DNA of 29,090 nt. Origin: Deferribacterales bacterium. GTDB lineage: Bacteria > Chrysiogenota > Deferribacteres > Deferribacterales > Geovibrionaceae. Of the stretch, positions 17,236 through 27,146 are shown in pieces. The position numbers and the translations under genes are program-made. The DNA is taken from contig JBFWJG010000033.1 in the NCBI GenBank assembly GCA_050253335.1, positions 1-29,090 of the forward strand, read 5' to 3'. How positions within the stretch are numbered: the first letter of the stretch is position 1; each line of letters starts with the position of its first letter. The notes below the pieces were generated by a model. It was not told where the DNA came from and did not search any database. It saw nothing but the letters and a program-made list of their open reading frames with translations.

Positions 17236-17848
17236 ACTGTTCAATATACTTGTCCAAAGCTATGAGCAGGTGCTCAAAAGAACTCTCCTTGAGAAGAAAT
17301 ATAAGAAGTCCGTGGATTTCCTCCTGTCTGAAGTCCAGAACAGTTTCCACAACTATTATTTTGCTGAAATTTTCAAAATTTTTGTATTCGGCTATCTTCT
17401 CTCCGCTCTGCCTGTCCACGGCGGGCGGATGGAAAAACACCTCAAGCTCAAGGAGCTCGGCAATTTTTCCCACACATGCGGATGTGAGTATGTTTGAAAG
17501 TTCATGTATTGAGCTGACTATGTCTTCTTCGCTTTCGATCTCCTCGCCGGAGTCGTTCATGAAGATTGCGGCGACCTTGCGGGCCGATTCATCATCGGTG
17601 ATGAAGATGCTCTCTCCGTCCAGCTTGTTTATAAACACCTGTACGGAAACGTAATAGTCATTTTTTTTGGATGTTTTGCTGTTGACGTAGTTTTCCAGAC
17701 CTTCAGTGCCGACAAGGTGAATCTTCGGAACATGCAGATTGGCATGTGCTTCAATGGAATCGGAGATAATGGCCGTGGCCATACCGTAGGAAATATTCAT
17801 GATTTCCGTGAGCGCATCTTTCCTGTCATCATTCAGAACATTCATCAT
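17225..17848 (-). CDS. CheC-family phospho-aspartate phosphatase
   Basis: Two ExxN motifs (DALTEIMNI, IHELSNIL) and a PP motif (FFHPP). Confidence 0.85.
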   Translation of the reverse strand: MMNVLNDDRKDALTEIMNISYGMATAIISDSIEAHANLHVPKIHLVGTEGLENYVNSKTSKKNDYYVSVQVFINKLDGESIFITDDESARKVAAIFMNDSGEEIESEEDIVSSIHELSNILTSACVGKIAELLELEVFFHPPAVDRQSGEKIAEYKNFENFSKIIVVETVLDFRQEEIHGLLIFLLKESSFEHLLIALDKYIEQYEI

Positions 17849-17860
17849 ATAAATCAGCCG

Positions 17861-18220
17861 TTAAACGAGTTTGGTAATGATTTGTGAGATTTTCTCGGCG
17901 GTGACCGGTTTGTTGAGTATCTCTGTCGCGCCGAGATCCGAAACCATTTCAGTTGTTTTTTTCTGTATGTCTGCTGTGATTATAACAACTTTTGCGGCGG
18001 GATTCATAGTTTTTATTTCTTCCAGCGCCTCTATGCCGTTTTTTTCCGGCATTGTAAGGTCCATAAACACGAGATCCGGACTGTACGCGGAGTAAGTTTC
18101 CACTGCTTCTATGCCGTTTGACGCCTCACGGTAGTCAAACTCTCCGGAAAAAGCAGCGCTGAGAGACTTGAGAACCCCCTTTCTTGCTATTCTGGAATCA
18201 TCGGCTATCAAGATTTTCAT
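17861..18220 (-). CDS. CheY-like stand-alone response regulator
   Basis: ILIADDS, FMDLTMP, ITADIQ and NKP. Confidence 0.92.
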   Translation of the reverse strand: MKILIADDSRIARKGVLKSLSAAFSGEFDYREASNGIEAVETYSAYSPDLVFMDLTMPEKNGIEALEEIKTMNPAAKVVIITADIQKKTTEMVSDLGATEILNKPVTAEKISQIITKLV

Positions 18221-18254
18221 GTATACCTGCTAAAAATTATTATTAATTTAAACG

Positions 18255-18282
18255 ATCATAACCTGAGAAAGCCAAATGTCAA
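18255..18282 (-). promoter_or_regulatory. Sigma-70 promoter of the receiver-CheC-kinase operon
   Basis: Minus strand TTGACA-N16-TATGAT. Confidence 0.7.
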
Positions 18283-18342
18283 GTTCAAGATGCTTTATAT
18301 AAAGGAGTCTGGTTAGGATAATTTTTATTTGTCAATGTTGAG

Positions 18343-18371
18343 TTGCGGTTCATTTTATGAAACTGTATAAT
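18343..18371 (+). promoter_or_regulatory. Sigma-70 promoter of the EAL gene
   Basis: TTGCGG-N17-TATAAT. Confidence 0.6.
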
Positions 18372-18484
18372 GGATAGTGATTTAGTATGGTTTTCACGGC
18401 GGTTCGTTCCTGAACAGGCTCGCCGGAGAGCGGCGGGAGGTCTTTTCAGGGGCTTTTTCCGCTGCGGGATGTAAGGTGGTTTTG

Positions 18485-20704
18485 ATGACTGTCCGCATGA
18501 GGGCGATGCTTCTTGTTATTATGTTAATGCTCTCCCTTTCCGCTATTTTTCTTTTCGCGGGCAATTATTTTAATGAGAAATACCTTGACTACTCCTTCCG
18601 CAGGTTCGATTTTCAGCTTGCGCGTTCATTCGAGCTCTCCATATCCGCCACGGAGCGGAAATACAGCAACACCGTCCACAGCCTCCTTCAGGATAAAAAT
18701 ATAACCGACGCTTTTTTCGCAGGGGACAGGGAGAGACTTTTTCTCGAACTTATGCCCTATTATAAGAAAATGAAGGAGGAAGACCCCTTCTTTCATATCA
18801 TGCACTTTATCGACAAAAACGGAGTGACTGTTCTGCGTATGCACAGACCGGACTTCTTCGGGGACAGTCTTTCGGAAGTCCGCCCGTTTGTCAAAGAGGT
18901 TCAGGAAACACAGAGAACTGTCACCGGGTTTGAACCCGGCAGACACGGCATCTTCTACAGGGTGATGATCCCCGTCTTTAACGGCGGGGAATACGCAGGT
19001 CTGCTTGATCTCGGGCTTGATGCGGATTTTGTTGTTGATGCGGTGGCCAGACACTTTCAGTTCAGAAGCGCGCTGTTTCTCAAAAAACAGTACGCGGATG
19101 TGATAACCGACAGGGAAGACATGACATCCGCAGGCGATTACTATATCGCGGGGACGGATGATCCGGCGTTCCGTGTTTACGGTACGGATTATCAGCCCGG
19201 CACGGGTATGCTGCTCAGGAAAATCAGCGGAGCTTATTACAGCTTTCACACCGCCTACGAACTTAAAGAACACGGCGGAGCGCCTTTTGCCTATCTTGTC
19301 GTGGTTCAGGATATCGACGCCGAGGTGAAGGACTACCGCAACGCGAGATTTTATCTCACGCTGGTTGTCATAGCCTTTCTTATTCTGGCGGGGTGGATAC
19401 TGCATTACAGCTTCCGCGGGATGCTCAGGGCAATTGAAGAGGGCAAGAAGAACCTGTCTGTTCAGCAGAGAACAGACACGCTCACCGGACTGCCCAACAG
19501 GAACGCGCTCCTGAGCGATCTGGAGAACATGCCTGAATGCGTGATGATTCTCATAAACATAGACCGCTTCAAGGAAGTTAACGAGGTGTTCGGCATTGAG
19601 GCGGGGGATCATGTTCTCAGGGAATATTCTGTCTGCCTGCGCGGATACATATCCTCCTTTGAATCCGCGCACCCCGAGATTGAGGGCTGCACCGAGCTTT
19701 ACAGGCTCGGCAGGGATGAGTTTGTTATCCTTCTCCGCTCAAAAACAGAGTTTGCGGAAAGAATGGCAGACAGCATTTCAAACAAGACCGACTCTGAAAT
19801 CATCGATTATCAGGGCATCGACATCTCCGTATCTGTCAGCATAGGCATCTCCGGAAACAGGGAAAAACCGCTTCAGTCATCCGATATAGCGCTTAAAATA
19901 TCCAGAGAGCGCAAAAGGGCGTTCATGCATTTTGATGAAAGCATGGAACTTAGCCAGCATCAGTCAAACAACTTTTTCTGGCTCAACAAGGTGAAGCAGG
20001 CAATCAAGGAAGACAGGATTGTTCCCTATTTTCAGGGGATAATGGACAACAGCACAGGAGAAATCCGCAAATACGAATGCCTGATCAGGATGCTGGAGCC
20101 GGACGGAAGCGTTGTTTCTCCGGGAATGTTTCTTCCCATTATCAAAAAAACCAAGCTCTATCCTCAGCTTACGAAAATAATGCTGCGCAAGTGTGTGGAG
20201 CATTTTAACGGCCAGGGCAGAGAGTTCTCCATAAATATCTCAACCGAGGATATACTTAATAAAGACATAGTGCTTTACATACAGAATCTCCTGAAAAATA
20301 CCGAGACTGCCCGGAATATTATATTTGAAATTCTGGAAACGGACAACATCGGCAATTATGAGGAGATAAGGGAGTTCATAAGCGAGGTGAAGAGACTGGG
20401 CTGCAAGGTCGCCATAGATGACTTCGGCACGGGCTACTCCAATTTTACACACCTTATGAACCTTGATTTTGATTATCTGAAGATAGACGGAAGCCTTATC
20501 CAGAACATTCACCGCGACGAATACACAAAAAGGCTTGTGAAAAGCATAGCCGGATTCGCGGGAGGAATGAAAATCAGGACTGTGGCAGAATTTGTGAGCA
20601 GTGAGGAAATTTTTGATGCTGTAAAAGAGCTCGGAATCGACTACTCACAGGGCTTCTTCATTGCCAAACCGAAGCCGGAAAGCGGTTCGGACGACTTCTC
20701 TTGA
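18485..20704 (+). CDS. Membrane Cache-sensor GGDEF(degenerate)-EAL protein, probable c-di-GMP phosphodiesterase
   Basis: TM-periplasmic Cache-like domain-TM; DTLTGLPNR; RLGRDEF; YECLIRM, FEILE, DDFGTGYSNF, LKIDGS, AEFV and SQGF. TAAGGTGG RBS before ATG 18485. Confidence 0.9.
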   Translation: MTVRMRAMLLVIMLMLSLSAIFLFAGNYFNEKYLDYSFRRFDFQLARSFELSISATERKYSNTVHSLLQDKNITDAFFAGDRERLFLELMPYYKKMKEEDPFFHIMHFIDKNGVTVLRMHRPDFFGDSLSEVRPFVKEVQETQRTVTGFEPGRHGIFYRVMIPVFNGGEYAGLLDLGLDADFVVDAVARHFQFRSALFLKKQYADVITDREDMTSAGDYYIAGTDDPAFRVYGTDYQPGTGMLLRKISGAYYSFHTAYELKEHGGAPFAYLVVVQDIDAEVKDYRNARFYLTLVVIAFLILAGWILHYSFRGMLRAIEEGKKNLSVQQRTDTLTGLPNRNALLSDLENMPECVMILINIDRFKEVNEVFGIEAGDHVLREYSVCLRGYISSFESAHPEIEGCTELYRLGRDEFVILLRSKTEFAERMADSISNKTDSEIIDYQGIDISVSVSIGISGNREKPLQSSDIALKISRERKRAFMHFDESMELSQHQSNNFFWLNKVKQAIKEDRIVPYFQGIMDNSTGEIRKYECLIRMLEPDGSVVSPGMFLPIIKKTKLYPQLTKIMLRKCVEHFNGQGREFSINISTEDILNKDIVLYIQNLLKNTETARNIIFEILETDNIGNYEEIREFISEVKRLGCKVAIDDFGTGYSNFTHLMNLDFDYLKIDGSLIQNIHRDEYTKRLVKSIAGFAGGMKIRTVAEFVSSEEIFDAVKELGIDYSQGFFIAKPKPESGSDDFS

Positions 20705-20806
20705 CTCTGACGTCATAAGGATTATGCTTTATTTGTAAGCTGTTGTGTATTATAAGGCATAAAATGTCTTAATTATAGCGAGTAACGAGGGTGTTTTTTG
20801 AGCGGT

Positions 20807-22147
20807 ATGAAAAAAGTAGTTCTTAAAAAAGGGATTGACCTTCCTTTGAGCGGAGCTCCCGAGCAGAAGATTTACGAGTCGGGAAGCGTGAGCAGATATG
20901 CCGTCACAGGAGACGACCATATCGGTCTCAAACCCGCGATGAATGTTCAGGAAGGGGATTCGGTGAAATCGGGCGATCTGCTTTTCACTGATAAAAAAAA
21001 TAAGGGCGTCAAATTTGTTTCACCTTTTTCCGGCAGGGTTCTCGCGGTCAACAGAGGCGAGAAACGCAGATTCATCTCCCTCGAGATAGAGATTGACGGC
21101 AGGGAAGGGGCTGATTTCAGAACATTCGGCGACCCGAAGAAAATCGATGCAGAAACTCTCCGCACGGCAATAAATGATGCCGGTCTCTGGACATCCTTCA
21201 TAAGCCGTCCATTCGGGAAAACTCCCGCTGCGGACGCATCAGCGGACTATATCTTTGTAACCGCCGCGGATACCCGTCCCCTTGCCGCTGATGTGAAAAC
21301 GGCGATCGCAGACAGGGAAGAATATTTTGCGGCAGGCGTCTCCGCTCTTGAGAAGCTGGCAGGCAAGAAACTTTATGTCTGTGTGGGTTCTGTGGACTCG
21401 GTTCCTGTTGTTGAGGGTGCAAAAACCGAATATGTCTGTTTTCAGGGGCCGCACCCTTCAGGCCTTGCGGGAACCCATATACACTTCCTCGCCCCTGCTC
21501 ACGCAGGAAACCGCACATGGGAGATAGGCTGGCAGGACACGGCGGCCATAGGCGAACTTCTGCTTACAGGGAAAATACCTGTTCAGACGGTTATCTCACT
21601 CTGCGGAACAGGCGCTGTGAAGCCGAGGCTGATCAGAACCGTGCGCGGCGCATGGCTCGGCGATCTTCTTAAAAATGAAATCAGCGCGGAGGATGTCCGT
21701 GTGATAAGCGGAAGCGCACTCCACGGACGCAAGGCGGCTGCTCCTGCGGATTACCTTCACAGATACATAAATCAGGTTACCCTCATTCCCGAGGGGAGGG
21801 ACAGACGTTTCATGGGCTGGGCAGGGCCGGGAACGGACATGCACTCCGTGAAGCGCTCGTTTCTCACAGGTTTCGGCATGGGCAGACCTGTTTTCAACAC
21901 TAACCTGAACGGCGGCAAACGCCCCATTGTTCCCGTTGGGAGCTACGAGGACGTGATGCCTCTGGACATTCTGCCCACTTATCTTCTTCGGGCTGTTTCT
22001 GTCGGGGATTTCGAAACAGCGGAGAAGCTCGGCTGTCTTGAGCTTCTGGAGGAGGATTTATCCCTGTGTACTTACGCCTGCCCCGGCAAGCAGGACTATG
22101 CGCCTATGCTCAGGCAGGTGCTTGATTTGTTGGAGAGGGAAGGCTGA
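20807..22147 (+). CDS. nqrA: Na+-translocating NADH:quinone reductase subunit A
   Basis: KKGIDLPLSGAPEQ, GPHPSGLAGTHIHF and LGCLELLEEDLSLCTYACPGK. Start is ATG 20807 or TTG 20798. Confidence 0.96.
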   Translation: MKKVVLKKGIDLPLSGAPEQKIYESGSVSRYAVTGDDHIGLKPAMNVQEGDSVKSGDLLFTDKKNKGVKFVSPFSGRVLAVNRGEKRRFISLEIEIDGREGADFRTFGDPKKIDAETLRTAINDAGLWTSFISRPFGKTPAADASADYIFVTAADTRPLAADVKTAIADREEYFAAGVSALEKLAGKKLYVCVGSVDSVPVVEGAKTEYVCFQGPHPSGLAGTHIHFLAPAHAGNRTWEIGWQDTAAIGELLLTGKIPVQTVISLCGTGAVKPRLIRTVRGAWLGDLLKNEISAEDVRVISGSALHGRKAAAPADYLHRYINQVTLIPEGRDRRFMGWAGPGTDMHSVKRSFLTGFGMGRPVFNTNLNGGKRPIVPVGSYEDVMPLDILPTYLLRAVSVGDFETAEKLGCLELLEEDLSLCTYACPGKQDYAPMLRQVLDLLEREG

Positions 22148-23340
22148 TGAAAGGACTGCTTAATTTTCTGGAAAAATACGAGCATCACTTCAAAAAGGGC
22201 GGAAAGCTGGAAAAATGGTATCCGGTTTTTGAAATGACCGATTCTTTCCTTTACACCTCTCCGGAGGTGACCAAAGGATACACACATATAAGAGACGGGC
22301 TTGATCTCAAAAGGATAATGACCACCGTGGTTCTTGCACTTATCCCGTGCATTCTCATGGCGTTTTACAATACGGGGCTTCATGCCAACTATGCGGCGGA
22401 GGCGGGCACTCTCTCTGAAGGGTGGCGGCTTGGCGTAATGGCGGCGGCAGGCGGGGCGGACAGTTCGTCCGTCGGTTCATGCTTCCTTCACGGCGCGCTT
22501 TACTTTCTGCCAGTCTATATCGTCACCCTTGCGGTGGGCGGGTTCTGGGAACTGCTTTTTGCAGTGGTGAGAAAGCATGAAATAGGCGAGGCGTTCCTTG
22601 TCACATCCCTTCTTTTCCCGCTGATTCTTCCTCCGACTATCCCTCTCTGGCAGGCGGGAGTGGCTATTTCCATCGGTCTTGTCATGGGCAAGGAGGTCTT
22701 CGGCGGAACGGGGCGTAACTTTGTCAACCCAGCGCTGATTTCAAGGGCTGTTCTCTTCTTCTCCTACCCTGCGGCAATGACCGGCGACAGGATATGGATT
22801 CCGGCGGATACCGTGACATATGCGACTCCCCTCGGGTCCATGGCTCTTGGCAATGATTCAGGCTTAACATGGATGGACGCTTTTCTCGGCTTCATGCCCG
22901 GGTCAATGGGTGAAACATCAGCTCTGGCGTGTCTGTTCGGTGCGGCAGTGCTTATCGCCACAGGCATAGGCTCATGGCGGATAATGCTTTCAAGCGTCAT
23001 CGGACTTGTTTCCCTTGTGATGGTTTTTAACGGAATAGGGAGTGAAACGAACCCAATGATGAACCTCAGCCCCGAGTGGCATCTTGTTCTCGGCGGATAT
23101 GCGTTCGCTACGGTTTTCATGGCAACAGACCCCGTTTCCGCTTCAATGACGAGGACAGGCATGTATGTTTACGGATTTTTAATCGGAGCTATGACGGCGC
23201 TCATAAGGGTAGTCAACCCCGCATTTCCTGAAGGGGCAATGCTTGCGGTGCTTTTCGGGAATGTTTTTGCCCCGGTCATAGACCAGTATGTGATAAAAGC
23301 GAATATAAGAAGGAGGGGGCGCAGATATGCCGGATGTTAA
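22147..23340 (+). CDS. nqrB: Na+-NQR subunit B
   Basis: THIRDGLDLKRIM, VGGFWE, KEVFGGTGRNFVNPAL, ATPL FMN site and FMATDPVS. Confidence 0.97.
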   Translation: MKGLLNFLEKYEHHFKKGGKLEKWYPVFEMTDSFLYTSPEVTKGYTHIRDGLDLKRIMTTVVLALIPCILMAFYNTGLHANYAAEAGTLSEGWRLGVMAAAGGADSSSVGSCFLHGALYFLPVYIVTLAVGGFWELLFAVVRKHEIGEAFLVTSLLFPLILPPTIPLWQAGVAISIGLVMGKEVFGGTGRNFVNPALISRAVLFFSYPAAMTGDRIWIPADTVTYATPLGSMALGNDSGLTWMDAFLGFMPGSMGETSALACLFGAAVLIATGIGSWRIMLSSVIGLVSLVMVFNGIGSETNPMMNLSPEWHLVLGGYAFATVFMATDPVSASMTRTGMYVYGFLIGAMTALIRVVNPAFPEGAMLAVLFGNVFAPVIDQYVIKANIRRRGRRYAGC

Positions 23341-24115
23341 TTCCCGAAAATTTACATTTATAGTCTCTCTCGTCCTTTCCGTTGTCTGCTCGGTTCTGGT
23401 TTCGGCGGCGGCTGTTTCGCTCAAGCCGATTCAGGACAAAAACCGTGAGCTCGACAGGCAGAAGAACGTTCTCGCCTCTGCGGGGCTTCTGGGTGAAGGT
23501 TCTGATATAGAAGAGACATTCAGGAGCATTTCCGTTCTGGCTGTTGATGTCCGTGACGGAAGTTTTGAGAAAAAACCGGGATTTGACGCGGTTTTCTTCA
23601 AGGATTTCAAGGCAATGAGCACTTCAAACTCGACATCGGTACGGCTGACAAAAGAGCAGGACACAGCGGGCATAGCAAGCATATCCGCAATGCAGCCCGT
23701 TTATATCGTCATGAAGGACGGCAAGCCTGATAAAATAATTCTCCATGTTTACGGCAGCGGCCTTTGGTCCACAATGTACGGCTTTCTGGCTCTGGAGGGT
23801 GACGGAAGAACCGTTGCGGGGCTTACCTTCTATGACCAGAAGGAAACTCCCGGTCTCGGCGGGGAGATTGACAATCCCAACTGGAAAGCGCAGTGGGCCG
23901 GAAAACAGGTTTACGGTGATGACGGCTCCCTGAAACTCGGTGTGGGCAGCGGGAAGATTGACCCTGCCTCTGCGGACGGGGCGCATCTTGTTGACTCCAT
24001 ATCCGGCGCATCCCTCACCAGCAGAGGGGTAAACGAGCTTGTGCGTTTCTGGCTCGGCGAAAACGGCTACGGCAGATTTCTCTCAAAAATAGAAGAGGAG
24101 GGGTTCAATGGCTGA
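23327..24115 (+). CDS. nqrC: Na+-NQR subunit C
   Basis: N-terminal [20 protein letters not shown] and [13 protein letters not shown] motif. Confidence 0.95.
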   Translation: MPDVNSRKFTFIVSLVLSVVCSVLVSAAAVSLKPIQDKNRELDRQKNVLASAGLLGEGSDIEETFRSISVLAVDVRDGSFEKKPGFDAVFFKDFKAMSTSNSTSVRLTKEQDTAGIASISAMQPVYIVMKDGKPDKIILHVYGSGLWSTMYGFLALEGDGRTVAGLTFYDQKETPGLGGEIDNPNWKAQWAGKQVYGDDGSLKLGVGSGKIDPASADGAHLVDSISGASLTSRGVNELVRFWLGENGYGRFLSKIEEEGFNG

Positions 24116-24728
24116 CGGCACAATGAAAGTATTCACTGACCCCGTTTTCAGGAACAATCCCATCGCCGTGCAGGTTCTGGGCATCTGCTCCGCACTGGCG
24201 GTTACCTCGAATCTGAAAACAACACTTGTCATGGCGCTTGCGGTTACTGTGGTTCTGGGGCTCTCAAACCTCTCCCTGAGCATAATAAGAAACTACATCC
24301 CCTCAAGCATAAGGATAATAGTGGAAATGACGATTATCGCCTCACTTGTTATCATAGCGGATCAGTTTATAAAGGCTTTTTTCTTCGACATAAGCAAACA
24401 GCTCTCCGTTTTTGTGGGGCTTATCATAACCAACTGCATCATAATGGGCAGGGCGGAGGCTTACGCAATCAAAAACCCCCCTTTTTCCAGTCTGCTTGAC
24501 GGATTGGGCAACGGAGCGGGCTACGGTCTTGTGCTTATCGCCGTGGGCACCGTGCGTGAGCTCATCGGCGCAGGCAAGCTTCTGGGCTTTCAGGTGCTTC
24601 CCCTCGCAACGGAGGGAGGGTGGTACACGCCGAACGGACTGTTCCTTCTGGCTCCCAGCGCCTTTTTCCTCATAGGGCTTATTATATGGGGTGTTCAGCT
24701 TATAATATCCAAGGGGGCTAAGGCATGA
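24108..24728 (+). CDS. nqrD: Na+-NQR subunit D
   Basis: [18 protein letters not shown] and [20 protein letters not shown]. Confidence 0.97.
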   Translation: MADGTMKVFTDPVFRNNPIAVQVLGICSALAVTSNLKTTLVMALAVTVVLGLSNLSLSIIRNYIPSSIRIIVEMTIIASLVIIADQFIKAFFFDISKQLSVFVGLIITNCIIMGRAEAYAIKNPPFSSLLDGLGNGAGYGLVLIAVGTVRELIGAGKLLGFQVLPLATEGGWYTPNGLFLLAPSAFFLIGLIIWGVQLIISKGAKA

Positions 24729-25336
24729 CAGAGATCTACTTGAGCCTTCTGGTTAAATCAATATTTGTGGAAAACATGGCGCTTGCCTTCTTTCTGGGCA
24801 TGTGCACTTTCCTTGCGGTTTCAAAACAGGTGGAAACGGCGACAGGGCTTGGTATCGCCGTTATAGCCGTGCAGACCATCACCGTTCCGGTGAATAACCT
24901 TATTTACCAGTATATCCTCAAGGACGGCGCACTGGCGTGGGCAGGGCTTGATAATGTTGACCTCACGTTCATCGGCCTCGTGACCTACATAGGCGTAATA
25001 GCCGCCATAGTTCAGGTGCTTGAGATGGGGCTGGACAGGTTCGTGCCCAAGCTCTACAACGCTCTGGGTATTTTCCTGCCGCTCATAACGGTTAACTGCG
25101 CCATCCTCGGCGGCACGCTGTTCATGGTGCAGAGGGACTACACCTTCGGAGAGAGCGTGGTTTACGGTTTCGGCTCCGGAGCGGGCTGGGCTCTCGCCAT
25201 CATCGCAATGGCCGGAATCAGGGAAAAGATGAAGTATGCCGATGTCCCCAAAGGACTGGATAATCTGGGCATTGTGTTTGTAATAGCGGGGATCATGGCG
25301 ATTTCGTTCATGCTCTTCTCCGGCATACAGCTTTAA
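24725..25336 (+). CDS. nqrE: Na+-NQR subunit E
   Basis: [32 protein letters not shown] and FSGIQL end. Confidence 0.97.
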   Translation: MTEIYLSLLVKSIFVENMALAFFLGMCTFLAVSKQVETATGLGIAVIAVQTITVPVNNLIYQYILKDGALAWAGLDNVDLTFIGLVTYIGVIAAIVQVLEMGLDRFVPKLYNALGIFLPLITVNCAILGGTLFMVQRDYTFGESVVYGFGSGAGWALAIIAMAGIREKMKYADVPKGLDNLGIVFVIAGIMAISFMLFSGIQL

Positions 25337-25346
25337 GGGGGCAAAC

Positions 25347-26573
25347 GTGATAGAGATAGTTTTAGGCGTTGCCCTTTTTACGGCAATAATCCTTTTTCTG
25401 GCGGGGTTTATCCTCACCGCAAAGCAGTGGCTTGTGCCCGCCGGAAATGTCCGCATTGTCATCAACGGCAGTGAGGACAAGGCTCTCAGTGTGCAGAGGG
25501 GCGGAAAGCTTCTGAGCGTTCTGGCGGATGAGAAGATATTTGTTTCCTCCGCCTGCGGAGGCGGCGGTTCCTGCGGCCAGTGCAAAGTTGTGGTTCATCA
25601 GGGCGGGGGCGAAATTCTCCCCACGGAAAAGAGCCATATCAACAGAAAGATGGAAAGAGAAGGCTACAGGCTTTCCTGCCAGCTTACCGTTAAGGATGAT
25701 CTGAGCATCGAGGTTCCGGCGGAGGTCTTCAGCGCCCGTCAGTGGGAATGCGAGCTTGTTTCAAACAGAAACGTGGCAACTTTCATAAAAGAGATAGTCC
25801 TGAAGCTTCCCGAAGGGGAGGACGTGAACTTCCGCGCGGGCGGCTATATTCAGGTTATGGTTCCTCCACATCAGACAGATTTTACGCAGATAGACGTCGG
25901 TGAGAAATATCACGGCACATGGGAGAAATTCGGCATGTATCAATATAAGTCCGTGGTGGATGAACCTGTGGTGCGTGCTTATTCCATGGCGAACTATCCG
26001 GAGGAGAAAGGGGTCATCAAGCTCAATGTGCGCATAGCCACCCCGCCTCCTAAAAGTGTGGATATCCCCCCCGGAAAAGGCTCCACATATCTGCATACGA
26101 GGAAGCTTGGGGATAAGATAACAATAACGGGCCCCTTCGGCGAGTTCCACGCCACAGACAACGACACCGAGATGATTTTTCTCGGCGGCGGCGCAGGCAT
26201 GGCTCCCCTTCGCTCAATAATATTCGATGAGCTCAAAAGAAAGGGAACTAAGCGCAAAATATCATACTGGTACGGAGCGAGAAGCGTTGCGGAGCTTTTT
26301 TATGATGAAGACTTCAAACAGCTTGAGAAAGAGTTTGAGAATTTCAGCTGGAATGTGGTGATGAGTGAGCCCCTTCCGGAGGATAACTGGACGGGCTACA
26401 AGGGCTTTGTGCACTGCATAGCCTATGACGCTTACCTCAAAAACCATCCTGCTCCGGAGGACTGCGAATATTATCTCTGCGGGCCTCCTGTTATGATAGA
26501 TGCCGTGCTTGACCTTCTTGATAAGCTCGGAGTCGAACCGGAGAACATATATTTTGATGATTTCGGCGGGTAG
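25347..26573 (+). CDS. nqrF: Na+-NQR subunit F
   Basis: [2Fe-2S] [12 protein letters not shown]...RLSCQ, FAD-binding [25 protein letters not shown] and DDFGG. Confidence 0.98.
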   Translation: MIEIVLGVALFTAIILFLAGFILTAKQWLVPAGNVRIVINGSEDKALSVQRGGKLLSVLADEKIFVSSACGGGGSCGQCKVVVHQGGGEILPTEKSHINRKMEREGYRLSCQLTVKDDLSIEVPAEVFSARQWECELVSNRNVATFIKEIVLKLPEGEDVNFRAGGYIQVMVPPHQTDFTQIDVGEKYHGTWEKFGMYQYKSVVDEPVVRAYSMANYPEEKGVIKLNVRIATPPPKSVDIPPGKGSTYLHTRKLGDKITITGPFGEFHATDNDTEMIFLGGGAGMAPLRSIIFDELKRKGTKRKISYWYGARSVAELFYDEDFKQLEKEFENFSWNVVMSEPLPEDNWTGYKGFVHCIAYDAYLKNHPAPEDCEYYLCGPPVMIDAVLDLLDKLGVEPENIYFDDFGG

Positions 26574-26579
26574 ATTATA

Positions 26580-26771
26580 ATGAAAATGTTTGCCGCCGCT
26601 TTTGCGGCGGCTTTGATAGCTTTTGCGGTGTTTTTTCTCTCCGTGCTGAGCGCGAAGAGGAGAAACTCCTCATGCGGCTGCGGAAAGGGCGCTGAATGCT
26701 GCGCCTCTTCCGGCGGACGCACCGATAAGAGTGAGTGTGAAGGCGGTCATGGAAACTGCGGCGGACACTGA
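26580..26771 (+). CDS. NqrM-like small Cys-rich membrane protein (Na+-NQR maturation)
   Basis: 63 aa, N-terminal TM helix, basic patch, SSCG then further Cys; directly after nqrF. Confidence 0.6.
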   Translation: MKMFAAAFAAALIAFAVFFLSVLSAKRRNSSCGCGKGAECCASSGGRTDKSECEGGHGNCGGH

Positions 26772-27146
26772 TCAGTTGCTGTTCAGCTTATCCAGACACT
26801 GCTCCAGAAGCTCAAACAGCCTTTTCTTCAGGATCGGCTTAATCAGAGAAAAGTCGGCTCCCTTGGCGTTTTCCGCCTGATCCTCAAATGCCGTGATGAT
26901 TATCACAGGCGTTTCGGTATCTGTTTTTCTGATTGCTGAAATCATCTGAAGCCCGTTCATTACGGGCATGTCAAGGTCGGTGATGATTATGTCCGGCTTC
27001 ATCTCAGCATGGATTTTAAGCCCGTCCTCGCCGTTTACCGCGAGCCGGAACTCTTTCACGTGCTTTGACAGTATTTTCTCGATGGACTTCTGCATGAGCA
27101 GTTCATCCTCAACAAAAAGAAGCCTGATGTCTTTCAGATTCCTCAT
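26772..27146 (-). CDS. Stand-alone response regulator (receiver domain)
   Basis: LFVEDE, ITDLDMPVMNG, ITAF and IKP; paralog of 642-1004. Confidence 0.92.
   Translation of the reverse strand: MRNLKDIRLLFVEDELLMQKSIEKILSKHVKEFRLAVNGEDGLKIHAEMKPDIIITDLDMPVMNGLQMISAIRKTDTETPVIIITAFEDQAENAKGADFSLIKPILKKRLFELLEQCLDKLNSN

Noticed and set aside
18378..18484. c-di-GMP riboswitch
   Set aside because: Lacks the GGCAAA/GNRA/GACGCAAAG features of class I and the class II consensus.
20807..26573. Membrane complex as a nif-dedicated Rnf electron donor
   Set aside because: Subunits are Nqr (NqrA and NqrF present, no RnfB/RnfC), no sigma-54 box was seen upstream, and unrelated genes separate it from nif.
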